Of a DNA stretch of 64,000 bases, positions 45,586 to 56,286 are shown piece after piece. The DNA lies in assembly GCA_035193785.1 (NCBI GenBank), contig CP136572.1, forward strand, positions 128,001-192,000, given 5' to 3'. The DNA is from Planktothrix sp. GU0601_MAG3 (GTDB lineage: Bacteria > Cyanobacteriota > Cyanobacteriia > Cyanobacteriales > Microcoleaceae). Made by a program: the position numbers and the translations under genes. The stretch's first letter is position 1, and each line of letters starts with the position of its first letter. The notes under the pieces were generated by a model. The model did no database searches. It was not told the origin of the DNA and saw nothing but the letters and a program-made list of their open reading frames with translations.

Positions 45586-46494
45586 ATGAAAATTAATCCT
45601 AAGCCCCTCAAATTTATCACAGCCAAAGCCAAGAAAACCGTTACCAAGACCCAAAACTTAGCTAATGAAATGACTGCTAAAGTTCAGGAACGTGCAAACC
45701 GGGTAACGACATGGGTAGAATCAAGACCAAGTTCAATGGTTGGTGCTGGGGTCGTTGTGACTCAAGAAGCCTTTAAAGTCGCCCATAATATCCGGTTTGA
45801 AAACCTACCAAAAGGGTTACGATTCAAATTTTCTCGGGCGGGTGTGCGTGCGGAGGTGCGAAATCTTCAACAAGCAGCACAAGTATTTGAATCCATACCC
45901 GCCCAAATTCGCGCCCAGGGGCCGGAAGCCATTTGTAACTTCTTGCAAGATAAAGATTGGAGTCACATCAAAGCCCACATCAATGGAGGGGGAAGCCAAG
46001 CAAATAATGGGATTTTTGAAAATTTCAGGGTAAATCGTAGTCGCGGTGGGGCGGACATGACCCGCAAGGAATTAGCCACAGCGAAGAAGGTTTTAGCAGA
46101 TGCTGCCTTTAAAACAGCCGTTGCTGAAATTGTTGGGGCAACTCTTAAAGGAGCAATGGTTGCAGGAGTAATTGAGTTAGTATTTTCTATTTTAGAGAAC
46201 TCTTTATTGTACGTTGAAGGCAAAATTACCAAGTCGGAGTTAGTTAAAAAAGTCGCCACCGCCACGGCAAAAGCGGCTATTGCGGGGGGTGTAATTACCG
46301 CCATTCTGTTAACAGTTTGTATGATATTTCCCCCCATTGCCACGCTTTTAGGTGCTGCTGCCATACCCTTGGCACTTATCGGGATTGGTTTTATGGGAAT
46401 TCGCGCCTGGGAAATCTTTTGTCATGCCGATCGCTTATTTGGTATCACTGAACAAACACAACAATTTATGGGACTCACAGAAGGGACAATTTAA
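45586..46494 (+). CDS. Hypothetical protein with HNH-like motif and C-terminal hydrophobic helices
   Basis: DWSHIKAHINGGGSQANNGIFENFRVNRSRG resembles the D-H..GG..N..N.SRG spacing of beta-beta-alpha-Me nucleases; Ala/Gly-rich TM segments follow. Confidence 0.55.
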   Translation: MKINPKPLKFITAKAKKTVTKTQNLANEMTAKVQERANRVTTWVESRPSSMVGAGVVVTQEAFKVAHNIRFENLPKGLRFKFSRAGVRAEVRNLQQAAQVFESIPAQIRAQGPEAICNFLQDKDWSHIKAHINGGGSQANNGIFENFRVNRSRGGADMTRKELATAKKVLADAAFKTAVAEIVGATLKGAMVAGVIELVFSILENSLLYVEGKITKSELVKKVATATAKAAIAGGVITAILLTVCMIFPPIATLLGAAAIPLALIGIGFMGIRAWEIFCHADRLFGITEQTQQFMGLTEGTI

Positions 46495-47706
46495 TTGAAG
46501 TTAAACCCTTTTTGAACAGCATAAGCCGGGGCTTCTATAATCATAATTTGATCGGGAATATCTATCATTTCAAGCTCAAAAATATCATCTGATGTTTTGA
46601 CTAGGATGGATTTTAAAGCCCCCTTAAGTTGAGATGCTTTATGTAATAAAGCTAGTGCTTTATGTAAACTTTCTCCCTGACGCTGTACCCGAATAGGAAC
46701 GGGCTTTCCTTGATAATTCTGTTTTAAAATGGCATCAATTCCTTGATTCCTTTGAACCGGAATAATATCTAAACTAGCAATAATATTGAGTGCATCTTCA
46801 TTGGCATTAAGATAGGCTTTGCGACCTTTCTGAAGGAGCAAAGATTCGGATTTAATTGGGGTTTTTAATCTATCTTTAGCAATCTGAACAGCATCGGGGG
46901 AAATATCAATTCCCCAGGCTGAACGATTTAATAATTTAGCTGCAATAATTGTTGTACCACTTCCACAAAAAGGGTCTAATATAATATCCCCCGGATTAGA
47001 TGCTAATTCAATAATTTGTTCTAGGAGTAAAATCGGTTTTTGACTGGGATAACCCACACGCTCTTTAGCTTTAGGGTTTAAATAGGGAATCTCCCAAACA
47101 TCACTTAATGGCACTCCTTTTTTGGGGTCAGCAGGAATTATTTCCCCATGATTATCCCTAGCATAAACAGCTTTACCATGCTTATCTCTGGTACGTTTTT
47201 GTAAGATTTGATCAATATTCGTAGACTCTGAATAATCACAATAAATGGGATTAAAAATAAATTGATTTGTCTTAGAATAAAAGAATATAGTTTGATGGGC
47301 GGGTAATAATCCTTTTCTGGAATTTGACCATCGTTTGTAACTCCAAATAATTTCCGATCTAAAATTTGCCTGACCAAAAATATGGTCTAAAATCCCTCTA
47401 ATGATATAATTAGCATGGGTATCACAATGTACAAAAATTGACCCATCTTCCCTTAAAACCGGATGTAGAAACAGCTAACCTATCATAAATAAATTTTGCA
47501 TAGTCTTGATGACTTTCCCATAAATCATCATAGCTAAATTCAGATTGTCTATCTCTTGTTTTCAAGGAATGCTGTTTTTGAGTGAAAAAAGGCGGATCTA
47601 AATAAATCAGATTAACGGAATTTTGCTGCATTCCTGGGACGATATCAAGACAGTCTCCTTGAATAATATTATAAGTATTGTTCATAATTTTTAATGGGTT
47701 AATCAA
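46491..47706 (-). CDS. N6/N4 DNA methyltransferase, beta class (+1 frameshift at 47468-47472)
   Basis: IYLDPPF before YPSQKP and LDPFCGSGTT. The middle segment was translated manually and is open in one frame. Confidence 0.9.
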
Positions 47707-47709
47707 TTA

Positions 47710-48393
47710 TTATTCATCAGAAGCCGTATTTTGATCTGCAATTCTTTGTAAGATTGCTTTTAAATCTATGCCTGTTCTTTCAGTTACATAGTTCCAGGCA
47801 CTCTCTCCATAGTAATATTCACCGCCAATGCCCTTATAAAGTGTCTCTAAAGTTTGTTGAATTCTGATGGCTTGTTGCCTATTGGGGTAATAAAACATAA
47901 TACGAATGGGTTTATAACCTGCGGTTGATATAGCTTTGATTCTAGTATGTTCTTTTGTGATGTGATCTCCATCTGTTGTGGCATCTCTCCACTTAATTTC
48001 AATAGCATTATTTCCTTCTAAACAATCAATTTCAAATGTTTTCGGTCTTGAACCCAGAGTATTAGTAATTTTGACTGATTTTGAATCAGGGTATTTTTCT
48101 AGGAAAGATAATTGAGTAGCTTTTTCTAAAAATGAACCTGCATATTTATATAAAAAACGACCTTTATTTTGATAAATATCTATTAATCTTCCTTCTTTCT
48201 CAGTAATACCCAAAACTCTATAGATTAGAAAATGAGAGGTGTCATCAACTTTCATTTCTTCTAAACGAAAGTTGATTTGTTTTAGTAGAGCTTCGGAAGA
48301 TTTTCGTGCTAAATTATGGATTTTTTCTTCCAAACTTAAACTTGAATTTGTGAGAGATGCCATACATAAATTAAATAATATTTTTGTAGACAA
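47710..48393 (-). CDS. Type II restriction endonuclease, ApaLI/XbaI-like family
   Basis: SHFLIYRVLGI, YQNKGRFLYKYAGSFLE, EIDC..EIKWRDATTDGDH (PD-(D/E)xK); 3 bp from the MTase. Confidence 0.85.
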   Translation of the reverse strand: MSTKILFNLCMASLTNSSLSLEEKIHNLARKSSEALLKQINFRLEEMKVDDTSHFLIYRVLGITEKEGRLIDIYQNKGRFLYKYAGSFLEKATQLSFLEKYPDSKSVKITNTLGSRPKTFEIDCLEGNNAIEIKWRDATTDGDHITKEHTRIKAISTAGYKPIRIMFYYPNRQQAIRIQQTLETLYKGIGGEYYYGESAWNYVTERTGIDLKAILQRIADQNTASDE

Positions 48394-48494
48394 GTATAAG
48401 TTGTAATTAACATTATAATTAGACAGTTTAATTATAGCTTTAAGTTGTCAATAATGTCAATATATTTAATACTAGATTCTCGATTCATTATCGC

Positions 48495-51360
48495 CTATTC
48501 CCCACTCTCCAAAATCTCAACAGTCCCTTGATAACCATCAACCCGCACCCGTTGACCATCTTTTAAATAAGTAGTCGCTCCTTGAATATTCATCACCGCC
48601 GGAATGCCATATTCCCGGGCGATAATTGCACCGTGGGAAAGTTGTCCGCCAACTTCAGAAATAATCGCTTTTGCGGTTAAGAGAATCGGCGACCATCCGG
48701 CATCGGTGTAGGGAACTACGAGAATTATATCCTCAGTTTGATCTATGATATTGGTTAAACTGCGGCAGATTTTAACGGTTCCTTCCACACAGCCAATACT
48801 AGCAGGAATCCCTTGTAAAATAGCTGAATTTTGTATAGTTTTTAATCGTGGTTTGGGTAATAAGTTACCATAGACCACCGGGGGAACATTGCGATCGCTA
48901 TCTTCTTGAAAAACCTGCCGCCGTTGACTAACTTTAGAGATGAAATCCGGGGCAATATCCGATTGTATCCAATCTTTAATTTCATCCCATTCTAAATAGA
49001 AAATATCCCCCGAAGTTTCTAAGATTCCTTGATGAATAGCTTGGGATTCTATCGCCAATATTGTCCATCGTAAATGAGCTAAAAGTTTACCGTAGATTTC
49101 AGCAATTTGGCTTTTTGTTAAAGTGCGTTGATAACATTGAGCTTGTCGCCATCTTTCCCATCGGGTTAAGGTAGAAACCGTTGAATTTTCTATCCGGTGG
49201 TTTGTATTTTTAACAATTTTAAAGAGCATTTCTTTTAATATCTCCGGTTGTTCTAACCAATTCGGCACGGAAATATCCGTTCCAACTTCACTTAAATAAC
49301 CATAGGTTTGTAACCAATCTTCAAATTGTTGATTAAATTGGGGATTTTCTGTTAGAATTTGATCAAAGTATTGGTGGCTTATTTGTTCGGGTTCTTCCGA
49401 GGTTTCTCTGATGCGCTCGGCAAGGGTTTGTAAGGTTTCCATTGATGCAATTTCTGGGGCTGTATAGGTAGGTATCCAACTATCAGAGACTTTAAATAAG
49501 GTTCGTCTAATTGCTAACCCAATGGGGGCTAAAATATTATAGTAAGTCGCTGATTTTAATAGATTTTGAATGGTTTCAGATCGTTCTAAAAGCTGGGTTA
49601 AACTTAGGGATTCCAGGGATAATTCTGCTTCTAATCCTTGTAATATGGGTAAAAATAGCTGTTCTAATTCCCGTTCAAAATCTTTATCTAAATGTCGTTC
49701 TCGTTGAATTAATCGCCATAAACCGGGTAAGGATGGTAAGAGTTTTTGAATCGGGGGTTTTCCCATTTTTTGTCCTCGAACTAAAAACTCTAACCCCTGT
49801 TCGGGTAATCCCATCATTGAAAAAATTTCCCCTAATAAGCTGGCATTAAAATAGGCATGGGAACCGAATAATGTAGCGGTTTGATTAAAGTCTAATTGTC
49901 TGGCTTTTTCCCCTAAAACTAAAGTAAAGATTTCTCCCCAAACCCCACAGGTTAAGGGGCGATTAATTGACCAAGTTAAAGGAGGAATTACCCCGGGAAT
50001 TACTTCTGCGGCAATGGTTCGCGTCCAAATGGGATGTAAATTAGTAATGGGGCGACTTTGCAAAATCCAGACTTTTGCCCCATCCCAACACCACTCAATA
50101 TCCTGGGGTAAACCATGATAAAAATTTTCTATTTCTTGGGCGAGTTTAACTAACTCTAAAATAACGGTTTTAGGCAAAATAGAAGGGGGTTTCTAAATCC
50201 TCAAGGGAGGTATTAATTTCTATTTCTAAATTCACCGGAGTAACTTGACCTCCGACAACGGATTCTGCCCCCCCGGGTAAGGCTTCAATAATAATTTGTG
50301 AACCGCCATCTAGGGGGTTACGGGTAAACATGACCCCGGCGACTTCACTGGCTAAATAGGGTTGAATTAATACGGCAATTCCCCTATCGGGAAGTTGTTG
50401 ATTTTGACGATAGGAAATGGCTTCAGGAGTCCAATAGGATTGACGACATTGAATAATTGCCTCTTGTAATTCTGAGGCCGAATAAACGGGGCCGATGGTT
50501 TGATATTGTCCTGCGGCTGAAGCATATTTACTATCTTCTCCCACCGCAGACGAACGGACAATTAAGGGAAAATTAATCGGGTCAATTTCTTTTTTAACAG
50601 GAATATTTACGTCTTCTAAACGGTTAATTACTGGTAAAATCCATCCTAAAGTAACTTTAAATCCTGCCCGTTTTAATTCACTTAATCGGGTGGCTTTTTC
50701 CCCACATCGTTGAATATTTAGTTGATCTTCCAGATTCAAAAATTGTTGTTTCATATAATATTCAATATCATCTTTTTGAGATAAGTTAATCAGAACTAAT
50801 TGTAGGGCTATTCCTAGGGCTGCGACGAATTCCCCAGGGGATAGGGGGGAAGATTCCGGGGTTTGATGCCAAAACCAGACCCAAAACGGCCCACTTAAAC
50901 ACCCCAAACGGGAGGCCCACAGCCGGGATGAATATTTGGACAGGGGTAATAATAAATAACTGAATCGCCAGATGAATAATCCGGTGATTCCGCTACTCAT
51001 CGCAATAATAGGAGAATAGACTAATATTCCCCAAGTGGCATTTGTAACTCCCCCACCTTTAGCAACAAAATATCGTCCCGTAACCAATAAAATTAAACTC
51101 ACTAATTGCCAAGCTGGAGCATTTGGGAATAGGATTTTAGCGGCAATTACTGGAATTATCCCCCGGGCTATTTCTAGGATAACGGCAACAATTCCTGCTG
51201 GTTTTCCTCCTTGATAAAAGGCGGCGGAAACACTAATATTACCCGTTCCTAATATTGATAACTTTTTGCCCGCAAACAGTTGAACAACCCAATCGGTTAG
51301 GGGTAATGTTCCTAAGATAAAGCTGCCCACTAATAGTAATCCGAGCATCCAAAAAGACAT
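48495..51360 (-). CDS. PlsY-like membrane domain fused to a PEP-utilising enzyme (ATP-grasp + His swivel; +1 frameshift at 50189-50193)
   Basis: GTGNISVSAAF plus TMs; VRSSAVGEDS, GVMFT, QDIEW, LQSRPIT, GGQLSHGAIIAREYGIPAV. Confidence 0.85.
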
Positions 51361-51512
51361 GGAAAATATTCTCCGGTAATTAGCAAGATCTCAACCATCA
51401 GAAACCTAGGGTTAATTGGGGTGGAGGGTAATTGATAGAACCTTTAACGTTTAGTTAACCAAAAATGAGATAATAGTCAAGGTATCATTATAATTAAGGA
51501 AAAATCAACATT

Positions 51513-51686
51513 ATGGCAAGTAGTAATACTCTATGGATTCCAATTGCGGTGCTGATTGTCGGATTTGTGGCGGCGGTGGGTATTGGATCAATTGCTTGGT
51601 ATAATTCCAAACGTCCTCCGGGTTGGGAAGATAAAGACAGACCCGATTATGTTCCCAAAGTCACAGAAGAAGACGAGAATAAATAA
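51513..51686 (+). CDS. psb35: Photosystem II assembly factor Psb35-like (57 aa; absent from ORF track)
   Basis: MASSNTLWIPIAVLIVGFVAAVGIGSIAWYNSKRPPGWEDKDRPDYVPKVTEEDENK*; AAGGA RBS. Confidence 0.8.
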   Translation: MASSNTLWIPIAVLIVGFVAAVGIGSIAWYNSKRPPGWEDKDRPDYVPKVTEEDENK

Positions 51687-51874
51687 GGGTTAAGACGAAT
51701 TCAATCACAAAGATACAAAGATACTAAGAAGTTGTAAACACTCTCGGTGCTTATGGCTCTACTTTTAAGAGGAAAGTCGGGAATAATAGTTAGTTTTCCC
51801 GACTTTAAACTAAAAGTAATGGTCTTGAACAATTCTCCTCCAGCAATCAAATTTAAGGGCAAATCAACAACGGT

Positions 51875-52634
51875 TTAGTTTTTCTTGCCTTTGGGAAATT
51901 GGTTAATTTGGGCTGACCCATAAAAGATTAGGGAATTGTTTTGAATTCTCAGTCGATCTACTTTTAATTGGGTTCCATCCAAGGCAAATTTGTCAAGATC
52001 TAATAAGTCATTGACATGGTTGACTAGGGCTTGACTGAGGTCGATTTCCTCCTGGTTTCCACTATATTGAACGTCAATAAATTGAATTTTCCTACGGTCT
52101 TGCACCTCGACTTGGGTGGTGAAATCAACTTGGACGGGTTCCTCTGAATTGCCGAGTATAATTCCCGACTGAATTCTCAGGTTTTTCTCAGGAGTCACCG
52201 TCATCATGGTTTTAGTAAAAGTTATGGATTCTCCCAGATATTTCAGGCGTTGGAGTTTTTCCACCACAAAAGGCGTGTTAAAGGAGTCCGTTAAGTCTTC
52301 CTCCGTTAGCACTACTCGCAAATTTGCTTGAGTGGGTTGCCGTAACTTGACTTGGCCAGTGAAAATCGCGCTGAAATCAATGGACACCGCCTGTACATAG
52401 AGTTCCATGACGGCAATTCGGAGGCCATTGTACATCAACATCCCGTTGCCGATAAAATCGAAACCATCGACGCTTCCCTGCAAAAGCTTGGCTACAGGTT
52501 TCCGCCCGAACGTTGGCTTCAATTTTCTCAGAACGCTTGAACAAAGCTGCGATCGCAGCCCCAACCACCTTGCTGACGAGGCGATCGCCACTTTGATTCT
52601 GAAAAGAAGTGCTCCCAAACAAAGCCTGTACCAT
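51875..52634 (-). CDS. DUF2993 (LmeA-like) protein (+1 frameshift at 52498-52502)
   Basis: EPVAKLLQGSVDGFDFIG, VVLTEEDLTDSFN. Confidence 0.75.
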
Positions 52635-52805
52635 TCCTATGCTCGTTAGCTTACTTTTCCATTATAACTTTTTATAAAGTTTTGTAACAATCAGTAATGC
52701 TTATAGCATAGATAAAGGCCGGATCGGAATTGCCTATGTAAGCGCGAATCAATAGCTGATATCCTGAAAAGCCTATTTTTTAATGTTTTAACTTTTATAT
52801 TCTGT

Positions 52806-53576
52806 TCACTCCTGACGAGTTGCTTGTAAAGTGCCGAAGTCACCCATGATTTCCATAGGAATCAACACAGGATTACGGATCTTCAGAATTTTCTGAGATC
52901 CTCCAAGACTAAGATTTAGTTCAGCTTTAATAATCCTAAGATTATGATCTGCCATTTTATGATGATATCGTCGGAATTTATCCTTTAACTCTATATCAAT
53001 AAGAGTTGTTTGAAATTGCGCATCCTCAGCTATTGACAACATTTCAGGTTTTATTTCAATGTTATTAGCAACAATAAAAGTCTTCACAAGAACCTCAAAT
53101 GTATATGGTGCTTTATGGTCAAGATGGCTCTCATAGATAGCTACCTTATCACCAGTAATATCGCATTCAACTCTTCCATCCTGATCGGATTTTTCTTGAA
53201 AGTGTTGTTTCTTGATTCTCCGAAGATCATCTTGAACAGCAGCACGACAAGCCTCTAAAAACTCTTGATCAAGAGTCTTTCCTTTAGTAGAAATCGCTGT
53301 TCGATAAGAAAAGTCAGTTTTTGAACCATCGTTTCTTTCTATCCAAAAGCAACTTGTTGGCATATCTGTTCTATCTTTGTAGAAACGCTTTACACCACAT
53401 CCAATTTTTTGATCTGCTTCAGGATGGCGCTTCAGAAGAGCCAGCAACATATCGTGATCATCACCTGCTATAGTTTGACCATTTTGATAAGATTCCAAGA
53501 TATTCTTGAAGTATTCAATAGCATCTTTCTGGAATTTGAACTCTATTCCATTGAGAACAATTGGTTGCCTTGCCAT
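52806..53576 (-). CDS. DCL/DUF3223-family protein with C-terminal extension
   Basis: LLKRHPEADQKIGCGV, CFWIERNDGSKTDFSYR. Confidence 0.8.
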   Translation of the reverse strand: MARQPIVLNGIEFKFQKDAIEYFKNILESYQNGQTIAGDDHDMLLALLKRHPEADQKIGCGVKRFYKDRTDMPTSCFWIERNDGSKTDFSYRTAISTKGKTLDQEFLEACRAAVQDDLRRIKKQHFQEKSDQDGRVECDITGDKVAIYESHLDHKAPYTFEVLVKTFIVANNIEIKPEMLSIAEDAQFQTTLIDIELKDKFRRYHHKMADHNLRIIKAELNLSLGGSQKILKIRNPVLIPMEIMGDFGTLQATRQE

Positions 53577-53605
53577 GTAAACTCCATATTAGTTTTCTAC
53601 GACTA

Positions 53606-53812
53606 TTATTTTAGGGCTTCATCCCCTGGAATTGCCTGCACAGCAACGCTTAGGATTTCGTTCCGTCGTTTATGGGACTCAGATGTCCAAGCTGCCTGAA
53701 TTTTTGGATCGGCATCGAATTCTAAACTTTCCGCAAGTTTCTCCGCCAAAAGCGCTCTTGATGCCCTAGGGAAAGATAAAAGTTCTTCTGTCAGTTGTTC
53801 AATTGACCGCAT
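53606..53812 (-). CDS. Putative addiction module antitoxin component
   Basis: L.L...RALLAEKL.ESL...IQAAW..E..RR pattern. Confidence 0.75.
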   Translation of the reverse strand: MRSIEQLTEELLSFPRASRALLAEKLAESLEFDADPKIQAAWTSESHKRRNEILSVAVQAIPGDEALK

Positions 53813-53881
53813 AGATCCTCGCCAACTGCTTAATTATCATCACAATTTAACAAATTTTAGACCAACTTAAACTAAAAACCA

Positions 53882-54517
53882 TCAACTCCTTGTTAACTCC
53901 GTTCCTTCGAGACAAGCGCCATCTAAAATCACACCCAAAAATAAGGTTTGTTCCAGAATTGCGCATAGTAAATTAGCCCGTTCTAAATTTGTTCCTCGGA
54001 GAACTGCACCGGATAAATTCGCTTCTTCTAAATCAGCTTGAGATAAATCTGCCCCCGATAAATTAGTATTTCTTAAATCCGCTTGATAGAAAATTCCTTG
54101 GGATAAATTCACGCCGCGTAAATCAGCACCCCTTAAATCAATTCCACTTAAATCTAAATTTCCACAGGTAGCTCCGGTTAAAAAAGCACCAGCAAAACTT
54201 GCTTCTTTAACCTCCACATCAAATAGAATTGCCCCCCTTAAATCGGCATTTCTCAAGTCAGCCCCTCGCAAATTAGCCCCGGATAAATCGGCCCCTCTTA
54301 AATTAGCTCGGAGTTGCGATCCTTGTAAATTTGCCCCGGATAAATTAGCTCCCGACAAATTAGCTCCCGATAAATTTACCTGTGCCAAATTAGCACCGGA
54401 TAGATCAATACCGGATAAATTCATATTAGTCAAGTCCTTAATGGCTCCTTGTTTGAGAGCATTAAAATCAACCGATAGGGTGCGAGTCATAGTCATAACT
54501 AGGGATGATTTAAACAA
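53882..54517 (-). CDS. Pentapeptide repeat protein
   Basis: A(N/D)LxG repeats throughout. Confidence 0.95.
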   Translation of the reverse strand: MFKSSLVMTMTRTLSVDFNALKQGAIKDLTNMNLSGIDLSGANLAQVNLSGANLSGANLSGANLQGSQLRANLRGADLSGANLRGADLRNADLRGAILFDVEVKEASFAGAFLTGATCGNLDLSGIDLRGADLRGVNLSQGIFYQADLRNTNLSGADLSQADLEEANLSGAVLRGTNLERANLLCAILEQTLFLGVILDGACLEGTELTRS

Positions 54518-54518
54518 C

Positions 54519-55940
54519 TTAAAGTTCAGAGTATTTTTGCAGTTTAGATTTAGGATTTAACTCCTCATCTAACCACACATTCGGCAATTGACTAGGCTTT
54601 TCAGGTAACTGCATTAAGCCAATTTCAGTTAATTTCACGACGGTTTTTAAGGATTCTACCAAAGCCGGATCAAATCTTGTGCCACTCAACTCCTGACATT
54701 TTTCTAGGGCTTCTGTTAAACTTAACGCCGGACGTTTACCTCGGGGTTGAATAAAGGCTTGAAAATAAGCCACCACCGCTAAAATTCGGGATTTAATATC
54801 AATTTCTTCTCCTTTTAAACCATTGGGTTTGCCCGTGCCGTCCCAATGTTCTAAATAGTGATACACGACATCCCGAACTTCTGATAATTCTGGCATAGAT
54901 TCTAATAATCTAGCCCCAATCAATGTCCGTTCCGACCAGAACTTTTTCGTGGCATCATCCATTTCTTCCGGTGTTTGACTAAACACTTCATCCGGCGCCG
55001 ATGCTAACCCAATTCTATATAATAATCCGGCTAACCGTAACCGTCTTAGAGTCACCGTTGGCAGATCTAAAATTTGACCAATGGTTTCCGATAAAGCCGC
55101 AACTTGTAAGGAAGCGTAGGGGTTATCGCGATCGCGTTCATCAACCCGTTGTGCCATTCTTAAAAATGCCTGTAATTTATTGGCACTAATATTCCGACTG
55201 ATTCGTTTGGCTTGCCCTTCTAATTCCCATAATTCTCGGGTTTGGCGGTTAACCGTAATTAATTCCTGTTGAGAAGATTGTAGATAACTGACAATCCGAG
55301 AAACCACGCCAGTTAAATCAGGAACTTGATGATAAGGTGTGGCTGCAATTTGCTGATGTTGTGCTAATAAACTATCTGCTAATTCAGGATTATAGGGTCG
55401 AAACCGCTCAATTAAAATTTCAGCAGATTTCCGAACCAACTTTTGATCAAATGTCCATAATCCATAGAATTTTCGTTCAGTATCAGTGGTGGGTTGACTG
55501 TGGGTAGGATACTCTTCCAACATCAATTCATGGCACAATAGCATAGTGGTATAACCGGGAGCCAAAATAATTAAATTCCACTCCATCACCAAACTATCAG
55601 AAGGGTCTAAATTAATTAAAGAAACATTCTCTAATTGTCCGGTGCGATGGGTCACAAATCCACTATCCCCAACGGCACTAATCACAACATGGCGACAGGA
55701 TTTAGCCAAATCAAAATACCGTTCGGCTTCTTGGAGATACCATTTTCCTTCCTGAAATGTGACCAATACTAGAGGTTGTTGATCCTTTGTCGGATCACTA
55801 TTTTGTAAAATGTGATCTTCGAGGGCATGACACAGGGCAACTAGGGTATTTTTGAAGTAGACACCATAACTAGAGGGTAGTTGACCATCCCCAAGAGAGG
55901 TTTTAAGCTGATTGAGTGTGGATTCTGGATTCATTTGCAA
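54519..55940 (-). CDS. DICT sensory domain + degenerate HD-GYP domain protein
   Basis: [55 protein letters not shown]. Confidence 0.8.
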   Translation of the reverse strand: MQMNPESTLNQLKTSLGDGQLPSSYGVYFKNTLVALCHALEDHILQNSDPTKDQQPLVLVTFQEGKWYLQEAERYFDLAKSCRHVVISAVGDSGFVTHRTGQLENVSLINLDPSDSLVMEWNLIILAPGYTTMLLCHELMLEEYPTHSQPTTDTERKFYGLWTFDQKLVRKSAEILIERFRPYNPELADSLLAQHQQIAATPYHQVPDLTGVVSRIVSYLQSSQQELITVNRQTRELWELEGQAKRISRNISANKLQAFLRMAQRVDERDRDNPYASLQVAALSETIGQILDLPTVTLRRLRLAGLLYRIGLASAPDEVFSQTPEEMDDATKKFWSERTLIGARLLESMPELSEVRDVVYHYLEHWDGTGKPNGLKGEEIDIKSRILAVVAYFQAFIQPRGKRPALSLTEALEKCQELSGTRFDPALVESLKTVVKLTEIGLMQLPEKPSQLPNVWLDEELNPKSKLQKYSEL

Positions 55941-56286
55941 ACGCGAGTCCCGACTATTCCTTAAATCTTAACTGTTATGGGCAGAATTTTAGGGTCAATC
56001 ATAAAAAATTTTCATTTTCTCGCCGAGATCGCCCCCAATCCGGGGTAGGATCAATTCCCGTGAGATATTATTGCTTTTGAAACCCGCTGCATTTTTTGTT
56101 GAATTTTTTCCAAACCTAACTAACAAGAACAAAAGGAAATGATATATGATTTCTGAGTGTATCCCCAAAAATCCTCAAGGGGAATTGCCTATAGCAATCC
56201 TATTTTATTGATTTTATAGTAAAATAATTTATACTATTTAAACTCGGTGATTTTCTTTGCCTTAATGTTTTAGGGAGAGTCAATTT

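Noticed and set aside
47138..47377. 79-aa ORF between the MTase halves (possible controller protein)
   Set aside because: Out-of-frame overlap; the true MTase frame runs through it uninterrupted.
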